DNA from: Candidatus Kapaibacterium sp.
GTDB lineage: Bacteria > Bacteroidota > Ignavibacteria > Kapaibacteriales > UBA2268
Length of the DNA: 64,000 nt
Assembly: GCA_963665665.1 (NCBI GenBank)
Contig: OY762428.1
Location: forward strand, 3,616,001 to 3,680,000
Reading direction: 5' to 3'
Shown here: piece by piece, positions 56,601 through 64,000 of the stretch
How positions within the stretch are numbered: position 1 is the stretch's first letter
How the letters are laid out: each line of letters starts with the position of its first letter
Notes under the pieces: model-generated
Seen by the model: the letters and a program-made list of their open reading frames with translations, nothing else
Databases searched by the model: none
Told to the model about the DNA's origin: nothing
Translations under genes and position numbers: made by a program

Positions 56601-56761
56601 TCGCTGATTACTTTAAGTGCGCCTGAAGCAATACAACCACCGCCGGCGCACACAAATATTTTTTGCCTGAAACCGGAGTTCAGCTCCTGGTTCTCTGAAA
56701 TAGCTTTTTCCCTGAGGGATTTTAATTCATCAATCGTATTAATTCTTTCTGCCTTAATCAT
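53636..56761 (-). CDS. hydB: HydB/NuoF-like diaphorase subunit fused to a GltD/NfnB-like FAD/NADPH module
   Basis: Trx-like 2Fe-2S (CAGGGC..CLGPC), GRGGAGFP, NADEGDPGAFMDR, CGEETAL, SCGKCVPCR; then PCQSACP, CARVC, GAGPSG, GGGNAAAD, YRRT and CLRCD. Confidence 0.92.
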   Translation of the reverse strand: MIKAERINTIDELKSLREKAISENQELNSGFRQKIFVCAGGGCIASGALKVISELKKVIEEKEIGNRVTVVETGCLGPCVRGPVVVMGQDKVFYQNVQPENARDIIEKHVLGGEIIEELTWKEEGTGKPVPVQMDIDFFKKQTKIVLRNSGIVDPLRIEDYVGRDGYKALGKVLTSMTPDDVIEEMKKSGLRGRGGAGFPTFLKWSFAKKKESDQKYILCNADEGDPGAFMDRSVLEGDPHSVIEGMAIGAFAIGANQGYVYVRAEYPLAVERLQFAIDRAREIGLLGNNILGSGFDFDLEIRMGSGAFVCGEETALIHSIEGKRGEPRPRPPFPADQGLWGKPTVLNNVESYANVSAILLNGGEWFASFGTDKSKGTKVFALAGAINNSGLVEVPVGTTLGELVYDIGKGIPGGKRFKAAQIGGPSGGCIPRANLNVQLDYESLDELGAIMGSGGLIVMDEDTCMVDVARFFLEFVQEESCGKCVPCRVGTKRMLEILERITRGEGEEGDIEKLIELGEQIRDTALCGLGQTAPNPVLSTIRHFRKEYEDHIRRKHCEAGVCASLVRSPCQSACPAHVDVPGFVSLVGEKRYAEALRLHRERNPFAAVCARVCFHACEEKCRRAALDDAVAIRSIKRFMVDQEITVQVPEIRENENNSSRKIAIIGAGPSGLSAAYFLARLGYKPKVFESEHRPGGMLVQTIPSYRLPREVLAREIRMIENMGVDIECGKKLGRDFLIKDLREQGYEAVFLGIGTPRGVSLDLPGSDNENVTNAMDFLKTYNLRGSVPVKKNIVVVGGGNAAADAARTAIRLGAENVTLVYRRTQEEMPAYAEEIEEALQEGIKLMPLTNPREIVVEDGKVTGLRCNSMKLGEFDKSGRRRPVTEGETFIIPCDQVIQALGQSFDVSLISAGTKLDMFWESSIVVDEMTGQTSIPWVFAGGDCAGKAERTVIEAVAAGERAAVGIDKYLTGEEHAFWREDKPLDTSFDPDADPVPYPRRKMVLLSVDRRRNNFAEVEQPWTEAEAVRQAHRCLRCDYGKC

Positions 56762-57294
56762 TAGTTGCCCTCCGGTATAGTTTCTTGTTCCATGGCTTTA
56801 TAATAATTAATAATGTCTCCCACTTTTTCGGGTTTTACCCTTTGGTGAGTATCATCGTTTACCATGATAACCGGTGCCAGGCCGCAAGCGCCAAAGCAGC
56901 GCCCGACATCTAAGGAGAAAAGCCTGTCGGCTGTTGTCTGCCCAACATCAATATCAAGTTCTTTACTGAAGGCGTTCAATACTTCTTTACCACCACGAAC
57001 GTAGCATGCCGTACCAAGGCATATCCTGATAACATATTTGCCACGCGGGACGGTTGAAAAGAATGAATAGAAGCTTACCACACCGGCAACTTCACTGTAT
57101 GATTTATCAAGTTTGAAACTGATTTTTCTGAGGGCCGATTCCGGCAGGTAGCCGAACATATTCTGTGCTATCTGCAATACCGGGATCAAAGCGCCCTGCT
57201 TGTCCTTGTACTGTTCCAATACATCGTCAAGAATAGCGAGCTGTTCCTCTTCGGAAACTTCGCTTTGACAATTGCATGTTTGAATCTCTGACAT
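56761..57294 (-). CDS. hydC: HydC/NuoE-like 2Fe-2S subunit
   Basis: LIPVLQ, FYSFF, CLGTACYVRG and CFGACGLAP motifs. Confidence 0.93.
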   Translation of the reverse strand: MSEIQTCNCQSEVSEEEQLAILDDVLEQYKDKQGALIPVLQIAQNMFGYLPESALRKISFKLDKSYSEVAGVVSFYSFFSTVPRGKYVIRICLGTACYVRGGKEVLNAFSKELDIDVGQTTADRLFSLDVGRCFGACGLAPVIMVNDDTHQRVKPEKVGDIINYYKAMEQETIPEGN

Positions 57295-57363
57295 ATTATT
57301 TCCCTTTATAAGAAAACCCAAAAATTTTTTTCCAGAACTATTCGTCGTTTGTAATCTTTTAAA

Positions 57364-57744
57364 TCAGGCAAGGCTGAATTTGCAGCGATCCCTGATAAGA
57401 TTAATAATGCTGTCAATATCACCTGTTTTATCAAAAAAGTACATGGCACCGTTGGAAAGGCATCTTCCCCTTACGTTTTCATCCTTGTAGTCAGTGAAAA
57501 CAATTGATACCGGCCTTTTAGCCATGCCCTGCATTTTCCTTAATAGCCTTAACCCGTTTAATTCCGCAGGGCTGATATTAACATCAAGAATTACAAAATC
57601 CGGCTGTTCCCTGTCAATAATATTGGAAGCATCAATACCATTGTCCGATTCATATATTTCACCTACATTTGGAATAAATTCCTGAAAGAGGCTCCTGATG
57701 CGTTTCCGGACCGGTTTTGATTTGTTTACTAATAATGTTTTCAT
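57364..57744 (-). CDS. Stand-alone receiver (REC) domain protein
   Basis: PDFVILDV, VFT and FFDK motifs; the acidic N-terminal pair is replaced (LVNKS). Confidence 0.85.
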   Translation of the reverse strand: MKTLLVNKSKPVRKRIRSLFQEFIPNVGEIYESDNGIDASNIIDREQPDFVILDVNISPAELNGLRLLRKMQGMAKRPVSIVFTDYKDENVRGRCLSNGAMYFFDKTGDIDSIINLIRDRCKFSLA

Positions 57745-57869
57745 CTATTCCAATACTCTTGTTATTGTTTCCGGGGAAACAGCCCCGTTACTGAAGTAAA
57801 AATAAGTCTAAGTATCAATGGTTGGTATCAGAGATTTTCCGATAATGGTGGTAATAAATTCCGATAGGC

Positions 57870-57890
57870 TTGTAAGAGCTACTCCTACAA
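57870..57890 (-). promoter_or_regulatory. Palindromic TTGTAG-N9-YTACAA box upstream of the REC-hydCBA unit
   Basis: ttgtagg-agtagct-cttacaa on minus; related boxes at 62639-62659 and 63009-63029. Confidence 0.55.
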
Positions 57891-57936
57891 GAATATAAAA
57901 AGCAGTTGTTTCTTGAAGTGTTGGAATGCCTGAAAA

Positions 57937-57964
57937 TAAAAAAACCGCCCTTTCAAGGCGGTTT
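57937..57964 (-). terminator. Rho-independent terminator of the OmpA gene
   Basis: aaaccgcc-ttgaaag-ggcggttt followed by a T-run on the minus strand. Confidence 0.8.
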
Positions 57965-57987
57965 CGGTTATGTGTGTTTTCCCCCTG

Positions 57988-59070
57988 TTATTCGGAAATC
58001 ACCCGGACTTCACTGCGCCTGTTTTTTGCCCTGCCTGCTGCTGTTTCATTAGTTGCAATAGGGTAAAGTTCCCCGTAGCCGCGCGGAGTAAGCCGGTTTC
58101 CGTCTATTCCTTTGCTGATAAGCCATTTAACGATTGTTTCAGCTCTTCTTTCGGACAATATCTGATTATCTTTTTCTTTACCAACATTATCAGTATGCCC
58201 TGCAATCTCTATTACCATATTGGGTTTTGAAGTAAGTTCGCCAAGTAATTCATTCAGTGCATGGAATGATTCAGGTTTCAGGTTCCATTTTCCACTTTCA
58301 AAATTTACGTTCTCAAGAATATAAGTACGGCGATAGCCTGAATTCTTCAGCTCATCAGGTTCAAAATTGTCTTTTCTTTGCTTACCAAAGGAGATATTAT
58401 CAACAAAATCTCCGTCGCCCGGTGGCTGATGGCCCTGGGAAGGGAAAGGAAGAATAAGCCTGTAATTATATATTTTTGCCTCCGGGTCGATTATAAAATG
58501 ATCATAGTATTCAATACCATAAACCATGGTTACAACAAAATACAGGTTGCCGTCAACTAATTTTGTCCTGAATTTTCCTGTGCCATCGGTTTGGCCTTCC
58601 CCGATTTTAACGCTGTCCGAGTTGAAAAGTAAAAATTTGTGATTATTAAGTGTTCTTCTGTCTTTATTTTGGAGTGTAATGGTAATATCAATTTTTTTTC
58701 CGGTTGAGGAAAATTTTTTGTTATCCTTAACATTATCGGCTATTACAACCGGAAGACGACATACAAGACGATATTGTTTGTATTTAATATCAGCCGGTAT
58801 TGAAATATTATAGGCAGGCTTTTCTTCTATCGATTCAAAGGATAATACGATATTATCTCCTTTATGGAGCTTGGTTTTCAATAAGCCTTCACTGTCTGTT
58901 GTAACATTTTCAGTGCTGGATTTTGCTTTGTTGATTAGCAAAAAATTCAAATTCGGAATATTGTTTCCGTCCAGATCCTTGATCGTAATTTCCACATCAA
59001 TTTCATAAGAGTATGAAAATAATGGTGTTAAGAGAATACATGCTGCAATTATTAATAATATTTTTTTCAT
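57988..59070 (-). CDS. OmpA-family peptidoglycan-binding protein
   Basis: VNFESGK, IAGHTD, NQILSERRA, GYGE and GRAKNRR motifs; signal peptide. Confidence 0.93.
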   Translation of the reverse strand: MKKILLIIAACILLTPLFSYSYEIDVEITIKDLDGNNIPNLNFLLINKAKSSTENVTTDSEGLLKTKLHKGDNIVLSFESIEEKPAYNISIPADIKYKQYRLVCRLPVVIADNVKDNKKFSSTGKKIDITITLQNKDRRTLNNHKFLLFNSDSVKIGEGQTDGTGKFRTKLVDGNLYFVVTMVYGIEYYDHFIIDPEAKIYNYRLILPFPSQGHQPPGDGDFVDNISFGKQRKDNFEPDELKNSGYRRTYILENVNFESGKWNLKPESFHALNELLGELTSKPNMVIEIAGHTDNVGKEKDNQILSERRAETIVKWLISKGIDGNRLTPRGYGELYPIATNETAAGRAKNRRSEVRVISE

Positions 59071-59358
59071 AATAGTCAATTAATGTCTTTAACAATTAAA
59101 ATAATTTAATAAAATATTAATTAACAATCAATCAAAATTTTAAAATTTCGATGATTTATTTCATTTTCTATCAATTATTATTCCCAATTTTTAAGAAAAA
59201 GTTGTAACTTTCCGTCTATAATTGTTTATCAATGTTATAAGAACAGACGATATTAATTTTTTAAAGATATTTAATTTCAATGGAAACGTATTTAATAATC
59301 CCGATATTATCTTTGACAATCCTTTTGTTTTTTAATAATTATCTATCAGTTATTCAAA

Positions 59359-61959
59359 TTGAAAAAATTTCATAAAAATCAAATCTATTATGATTTGCCA
59401 AACGGCAATAATAATGCAGCGCAAATATCAGCAAACGAATCAGAATGTTTGCTGTTATGCCTTGACAAAGACGGTAGAATTCTTTATTACAATAAAAAGG
59501 TAGAAAATATTACCGGAATGAACTATGAATGCTGCAAAGGAAAGTCATGGTTTGATGAGTTCGTCGCCGAAGAAGAAAGGAAAGAAGAAAAAAAACTTTT
59601 TCAAAAAACTATACAGGCCGGTGGATCAAAAGCTAATGCAACTAAAATCATCTCAAAAAGCGGAAAAGTTTTTAAAATTCAATGGTTTTACAAAGTAATA
59701 AAGCCTGATGACAGCAGTATAAATATTCTTGCATCCGGTTATGATACAAGTACTTTTGTGCGTTCTGATAAAATAATCGAAATGGTTTCAAATATTCTGG
59801 AGGGGTCGGAGGATGCAGTTTTTGTTGCTGACAAGAACGGATTAATTGAGAAATGGAACATAAGTGCAGAGAAATTGTTCGGGATAGGCCACAAAGATGT
59901 TTTGGGTTCTTCCCTGAATTTTATTTCTCTTTCTGGAAGGAAAATTTCTTTGAAGGAAATAACCAGAAAAAGCAGCTACAATGGTGAAACTTTTATATTC
60001 GATTCAAAATTCAGAAAGCAGGACGGAAACTTTATACGAATACGGAAGCATGTTTTTTCGCTTAAGGATTCAGATGGAAATAAAGAATCTTTCGGCTTTA
60101 TCGTAAAAAACCTGACAGGCATGGTTGTTAACGAACAGAAATTCCGTGAATCAAAATTGTTCAATTTATCGGTTATTCAATCAATTCAGGAAGGTATTTT
60201 AGTTCTTGACAGGTCAAAAAAAGTTAAAATATGGAATAAATCCCTTGAAAGATGGACAGGGGTGAATTCTTCTGAAATTACCGGCCATAAATTTACTGAA
60301 TTTTTCGACAGCAAGATTGGAAGTGTATTCGACGAATATTTTAAAAAAGGTATTACAGGCGAACTGTTTTACGATAATCATGACTTTGATGAAATGTCCT
60401 TCCTGAACATCAAAGGCTGGTATTCGATAATTGTTGCTCCGCATTTTAGTGTTGACGGCGAGATAATTGGGGTAATCTTTACAATCAGGGACATGACAAG
60501 CCAGAAAGAATCCGAATCGAAACTTGAAGAAAGTGAGAACCGTTTCAGGGAATTGTTTAATAATATGAGTAACGGGGTTGCAGTTTATACTGCCGTGGAA
60601 GGCGGAAGGAATTTTGTTGTACAAAACATTAACGAGGCAGGACTTAAAATCGAGAAAAAGAAATCCTGCGATATAATTGGCAAAAGTGCTAAAGAAGCAT
60701 TTCCTGAAATGTTGCATACCGGAATTTTTGATATTTTCAAAGAAGTGTACAGAACAGGGATACCCGGAGATATGATGTTTACATCTATGTCTGACGACGA
60801 AATAATCGGTTGGAGACAGTATTATATATACAAATTGCCGACAACTGAAATTGTTTCAATATTTGATGATGTTACAGAAACAAAACTTGCAGTGGAAGCC
60901 CTGCAGAAGAGCGAGGACAATTTCAGAACTCTTGTAACGGCTGCTCCTGACGGAATAGCCCTGATAAAAATGCCCGGAACCATTAAGGAAATGAATTCTG
61001 CCTTTGCCAGGCTGCTCGGATTATCAAGAATTGAAATGATTGGCACAAATATTATGGACCTGATTCGTGACGACAAAGGCAATAAAGTGCTTGATGAACT
61101 ATTGGATATTCTTCAGAAAAAAAGATATATAACGGCCAAAAGGGTTAATATTATTTCTAAAAACTCATCTGTTGTTCCTGTGGAACTCAGCGCTAAAGCT
61201 ATATACAAATCAAAAAGAAAAATTGATAAGATAATTTTAGTTATCAGGGATATAACCTACAGGCTTATGGCAGAAAATGAACTGAAAGAATCAAGAGAGG
61301 AAATGAGAAAATTAGCTACATATATCAGCAATGTGCGTGAAGATGAAAAAAAGAAAATTGCATTTGAAATTCATGATGATCTTGGTTATGCTCTTACCGC
61401 TATGAAAATGGATTTGAAATGGCTTCAAAAAAAAATGGATTCCTGCAATCAAAATGTGGAGGATAAGCTGGTTGATATGACAACATTACTTGATGAAACT
61501 ATTCAGAAAGTAAGAGATTTATCTACCAGGCTAAGGCCATCGGTTCTCGATCATTTTGGGATAATTGCGGCTATCGAGTGGCAGGCCGCTGAATTTCAGA
61601 AACATTTTTCCGTCAGATGTCGTATTCATTCAGAAATATCAGATCTTGATCTTGATGATCAGACATCTACGGCATTATTCAGAATTGTGCAGGAATCGCT
61701 AACAAATATCGGAAAACATGCCAATGCAAGAAGAGTAGATCTGAATATTTATATCAGGTCGGGAAAATTATTCATGAAGATTATTGATAACGGTATAGGT
61801 ATGATTAAGGGATCGGAAAGTGGAAGCCATTCACTTGGTGTTCTTGGTATGAAAGAAAAAGCCAGGTCAATAGGTGCTGACCTTTCTATCAGTAATAATC
61901 CGGAAGGTGGAACTTGCGTAAAGATCCAACTGCCGGTTTCCATTAACAAAAAGAATTAA
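59359..61959 (+). CDS. Cytoplasmic multi-PAS histidine kinase (HisKA_3, NarX/UhpB type)
   Basis: About five PAS domains; EIHDDLG, QESLTNIGKHA, DNGIG and GVLGMKEKA motifs; no TM helix seen. Confidence 0.93.
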   Translation: MKKFHKNQIYYDLPNGNNNAAQISANESECLLLCLDKDGRILYYNKKVENITGMNYECCKGKSWFDEFVAEEERKEEKKLFQKTIQAGGSKANATKIISKSGKVFKIQWFYKVIKPDDSSINILASGYDTSTFVRSDKIIEMVSNILEGSEDAVFVADKNGLIEKWNISAEKLFGIGHKDVLGSSLNFISLSGRKISLKEITRKSSYNGETFIFDSKFRKQDGNFIRIRKHVFSLKDSDGNKESFGFIVKNLTGMVVNEQKFRESKLFNLSVIQSIQEGILVLDRSKKVKIWNKSLERWTGVNSSEITGHKFTEFFDSKIGSVFDEYFKKGITGELFYDNHDFDEMSFLNIKGWYSIIVAPHFSVDGEIIGVIFTIRDMTSQKESESKLEESENRFRELFNNMSNGVAVYTAVEGGRNFVVQNINEAGLKIEKKKSCDIIGKSAKEAFPEMLHTGIFDIFKEVYRTGIPGDMMFTSMSDDEIIGWRQYYIYKLPTTEIVSIFDDVTETKLAVEALQKSEDNFRTLVTAAPDGIALIKMPGTIKEMNSAFARLLGLSRIEMIGTNIMDLIRDDKGNKVLDELLDILQKKRYITAKRVNIISKNSSVVPVELSAKAIYKSKRKIDKIILVIRDITYRLMAENELKESREEMRKLATYISNVREDEKKKIAFEIHDDLGYALTAMKMDLKWLQKKMDSCNQNVEDKLVDMTTLLDETIQKVRDLSTRLRPSVLDHFGIIAAIEWQAAEFQKHFSVRCRIHSEISDLDLDDQTSTALFRIVQESLTNIGKHANARRVDLNIYIRSGKLFMKIIDNGIGMIKGSESGSHSLGVLGMKEKARSIGADLSISNNPEGGTCVKIQLPVSINKKN

Positions 61960-62006
61960 CTTATGGCATTTTTTTTTAAATTGCCAGAAAATTCAGTGAG
62001 AGAAAT

Positions 62007-62636
62007 ATGATTAAAGTTATTATTGCAGATGATCATGCTGTTGTAAGAAAAGGGATAAATCAAATATTGGATGATGTCCAGGATATTAATATTACCGGCG
62101 AAGCTTCAAACGGCAATGAATTGATCAGTAAAATCATCAGGGAAGATTATGATGTGGTTATTCTTGACATTTCTATGCCCGGCAGGGACGGGCTGGATGT
62201 TCTGAAAGAAATTAAATCGATAAAGCCAAAATTGCCGGTACTGATTTTTACTATATATCCCGAAGATCAGTTTGCACTCAGGATATTGAAAGCCGGTGCA
62301 AGTGGTTATATTAATAAAGAAGAAGAACCTGAAATAATTATCGAAGCTATCAGAAGGCTGAATGAAGGACGCAGGTTTATTTCAGATGATGTTGCCGAAA
62401 TGTTAGCTTCAAAGCTTGGAAAACGTCAGGATAAACTTATACACGAAACACTTTCTGACCGCGAATTCCAGGTTATGAGCCTTATAGCTTCAGGCCTTAC
62501 GGTTTCGCAAATAGCACGAAAGCTGTCATTGAGTACCAATACTGTTAGTACATACAGGAACAGAATCCTTGAAAAAATGCGAATGAAAACCAATGCTGAA
62601 GTTACGCATTACGCTATTAAAAACAATCTTGTTTAA
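62007..62636 (+). CDS. NarL/UvrY-type response regulator
   Basis: ADDHAVVR, LDISMP, LSDREFQV and TVSTYRNRILEKM motifs. Confidence 0.95.
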   Translation: MIKVIIADDHAVVRKGINQILDDVQDINITGEASNGNELISKIIREDYDVVILDISMPGRDGLDVLKEIKSIKPKLPVLIFTIYPEDQFALRILKAGASGYINKEEEPEIIIEAIRRLNEGRRFISDDVAEMLASKLGKRQDKLIHETLSDREFQVMSLIASGLTVSQIARKLSLSTNTVSTYRNRILEKMRMKTNAEVTHYAIKNNLV

Positions 62637-62638
62637 TA

Positions 62639-62925
62639 TTGTAGTATAAAGGGTTACAATTAATTTCAAGATTATGCTACACGAATTTAGTAGTAATTGC
62701 TATTTCAATTTGGAATTATTTTGTTTTCTTATAGTGTAGTTTGTATTGGATACTTTTGGCAATTTTAAGACAGCTTTTGCCGGCAATCAGAGTTCTTCAT
62801 TGCTGCCAGGCAAATTCATTGTGAACCTGAAATACTCCGATTTTGAAAAGCGAACACCAAAAACGGCAGAAGTTGTCTGATAATTCCGAAGCTCAAAAAA
62901 TAATTAAGTTTTTTGGGCTTTTTTT
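62639..62925 (+). ncRNA. Putative regulated small transcript 1 (sRNA or 44-aa peptide 62746-62880)
   Basis: Palindromic box, second box 28 nt later, terminator at 62889-62925. Confidence 0.35.
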
Positions 62926-63008
62926 ATTAAAATTATTTTAAATTTTACCACCCGTATCCCATGAAATTGAATAATTAATGATGTCAATATACTGTCCAAT
63001 CCTTGATA

Positions 63009-63273
63009 TTGTAGTAAATACAACTACAAGACAGTAGTTAAAACAATGATGCAAAATTAGTATTAACTACTATTTTTTCTTTGATTTTTTTATTGTTTCT
63101 TTGTAATGTGTGTATGGGATTTAATTGGAATTTGGTTACTATATATTTTGATTGTATAATCAGGTATAATATAGTTATACTAATATTCAAAAATTTAACA
63201 GATAAGAAATTCAAAATATTTGTTGATTTTGAATCAAAAAGCTCAAAAGGATGATTCTTTTTGAGCTTTTTTT
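63009..63273 (+). ncRNA. Putative regulated small transcript 2
   Basis: Same box architecture; similar terminator at 63236-63273. Confidence 0.35.
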
Positions 63274-63555
63274 ATTGATTACAAACTATGAATGTGGCGG
63301 TATAATATTAATTCTATGGTGGTATAAATATACAAAACGTTTGCACGTTTTTTTGTAACATTTTATTAAATTTATTGTTATTGTTTTAGAAACTTTGGAA
63401 ATTTAACAAAATATGATAATTTTAACATTGGCGAAATAGAGTAGAAATTCTATTATGAAAAAAAATATTATGTTTTTAGATTTTAAATGAAAATTATTCA
63501 ATATTAGTTTAATCATACAAAATTTCTTTTTTTAACTTAATCGGAGAACTAATTA

Positions 63556-64000
63556 ATGATTTCTACAAAATTCCTAAAGGTTCTAATAGCAATAGCTGTA
63601 ATAGCTTTTATTGCTGTTAGCGGCGCAAAAGCGCAGCTCTTAACGGAATACACGGTAAATGAGTACGACGGTGTTTATACTCCTATTTCAGGTACTTATG
63701 TTGGTACGGGTGATGACCGTTCTTTCCGTGTAAACCTGCCCTTTACATTTATCTATGACGAGCAGGAAATTACTTATGTTTACTGCGGTACAAACGGCTG
63801 GATGTCTCTTAACAGAAATTATGGCACATGGTATCCCTACTACGCAAACTACACACCAAATATCATTGCCTTTTACGCAGCCGACCTTTATACTGTTGGT
63901 GAAATTTCCTATGAAATCCAGGGTTCAGCTCCTAACAGGGTTGCTGTTTTCCAGTGGAGAGAACAGTACAACTATTCTCCCAGGCTTCATGCCTGTGATG
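63556..64000 (+). CDS. 3'-truncated secreted protein with nidogen-like N-terminal domain (not in the ORF track)
   Basis: SD ggag, then MISTKFLKVLIAIAVIAFIAVSGAKA-QLL...LPFTFIYD...GTNGW...IAFYAADL...GSAPNRVAVFQW, open to the window end. Confidence 0.85.
   Translation, partial: MISTKFLKVLIAIAVIAFIAVSGAKAQLLTEYTVNEYDGVYTPISGTYVGTGDDRSFRVNLPFTFIYDEQEITYVYCGTNGWMSLNRNYGTWYPYYANYTPNIIAFYAADLYTVGEISYEIQGSAPNRVAVFQWREQYNYSPRLHACD

Noticed and set aside
53636-57294. Respiratory complex I nuoEF
   Set aside because: Adjacent to an H-cluster hydrogenase, with no other nuo genes present.
62746-62880. HU-like gene fragment (RTPKTAEVV resembling RNPKTGE)
   Set aside because: Only a few residues match, with a TTG start and no SD. 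It is kept only as a possible small peptide.
1-64000. Numerous antisense and nested ORFs in the track; tRNA and rRNA genes
   Set aside because: The ORFs are shadows of well-supported genes. No tRNA- or rRNA-like sequence was recognised.

Overview
AT-rich bacterial chromosome segment from the FCB superphylum, most like Ignavibacteria or Ca. Kapabacteria. This is inferred from T9SS C-terminal sorting domains, Gln at +1 after signal peptides, and the use of Shine-Dalgarno sites. Left to right: (1) an AT-rich block of secreted-protein genes bounded by a 71-bp direct repeat; (2) housekeeping genes (M19 dipeptidase, ychF, GT4, S46 peptidase); (3) a 2.2-kb intergenic cluster of palindromic elements and 21-bp tandem arrays; (4) lgt, nadK, pfkA, fmt and TauE; (5) a DnaA-box cluster that is a candidate oriC; (6) nadE and a NarL-type regulator; (7) a ~25-kb surface-protein locus; (8) a trimeric [FeFe]-hydrogenase whose HydB is fused to a GltD/NfnB-like module; (9) OmpA and a PAS kinase/regulator pair followed by two putative regulated small transcripts. 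The best candidate for an undescribed system is the locus at 26.9-49.5 kb. Its proteins look like circularly permuted, uncapped beta-helix subunits that could polymerise head-to-tail into a filament. The proposed order is fibre-like tip, 3966-aa adaptor, 865-aa shaft with exactly one Cys at each end, dockerin-bearing base, and cohesin-like T9SS anchor. All assignments are by eye; no database searches or structure predictions were run.
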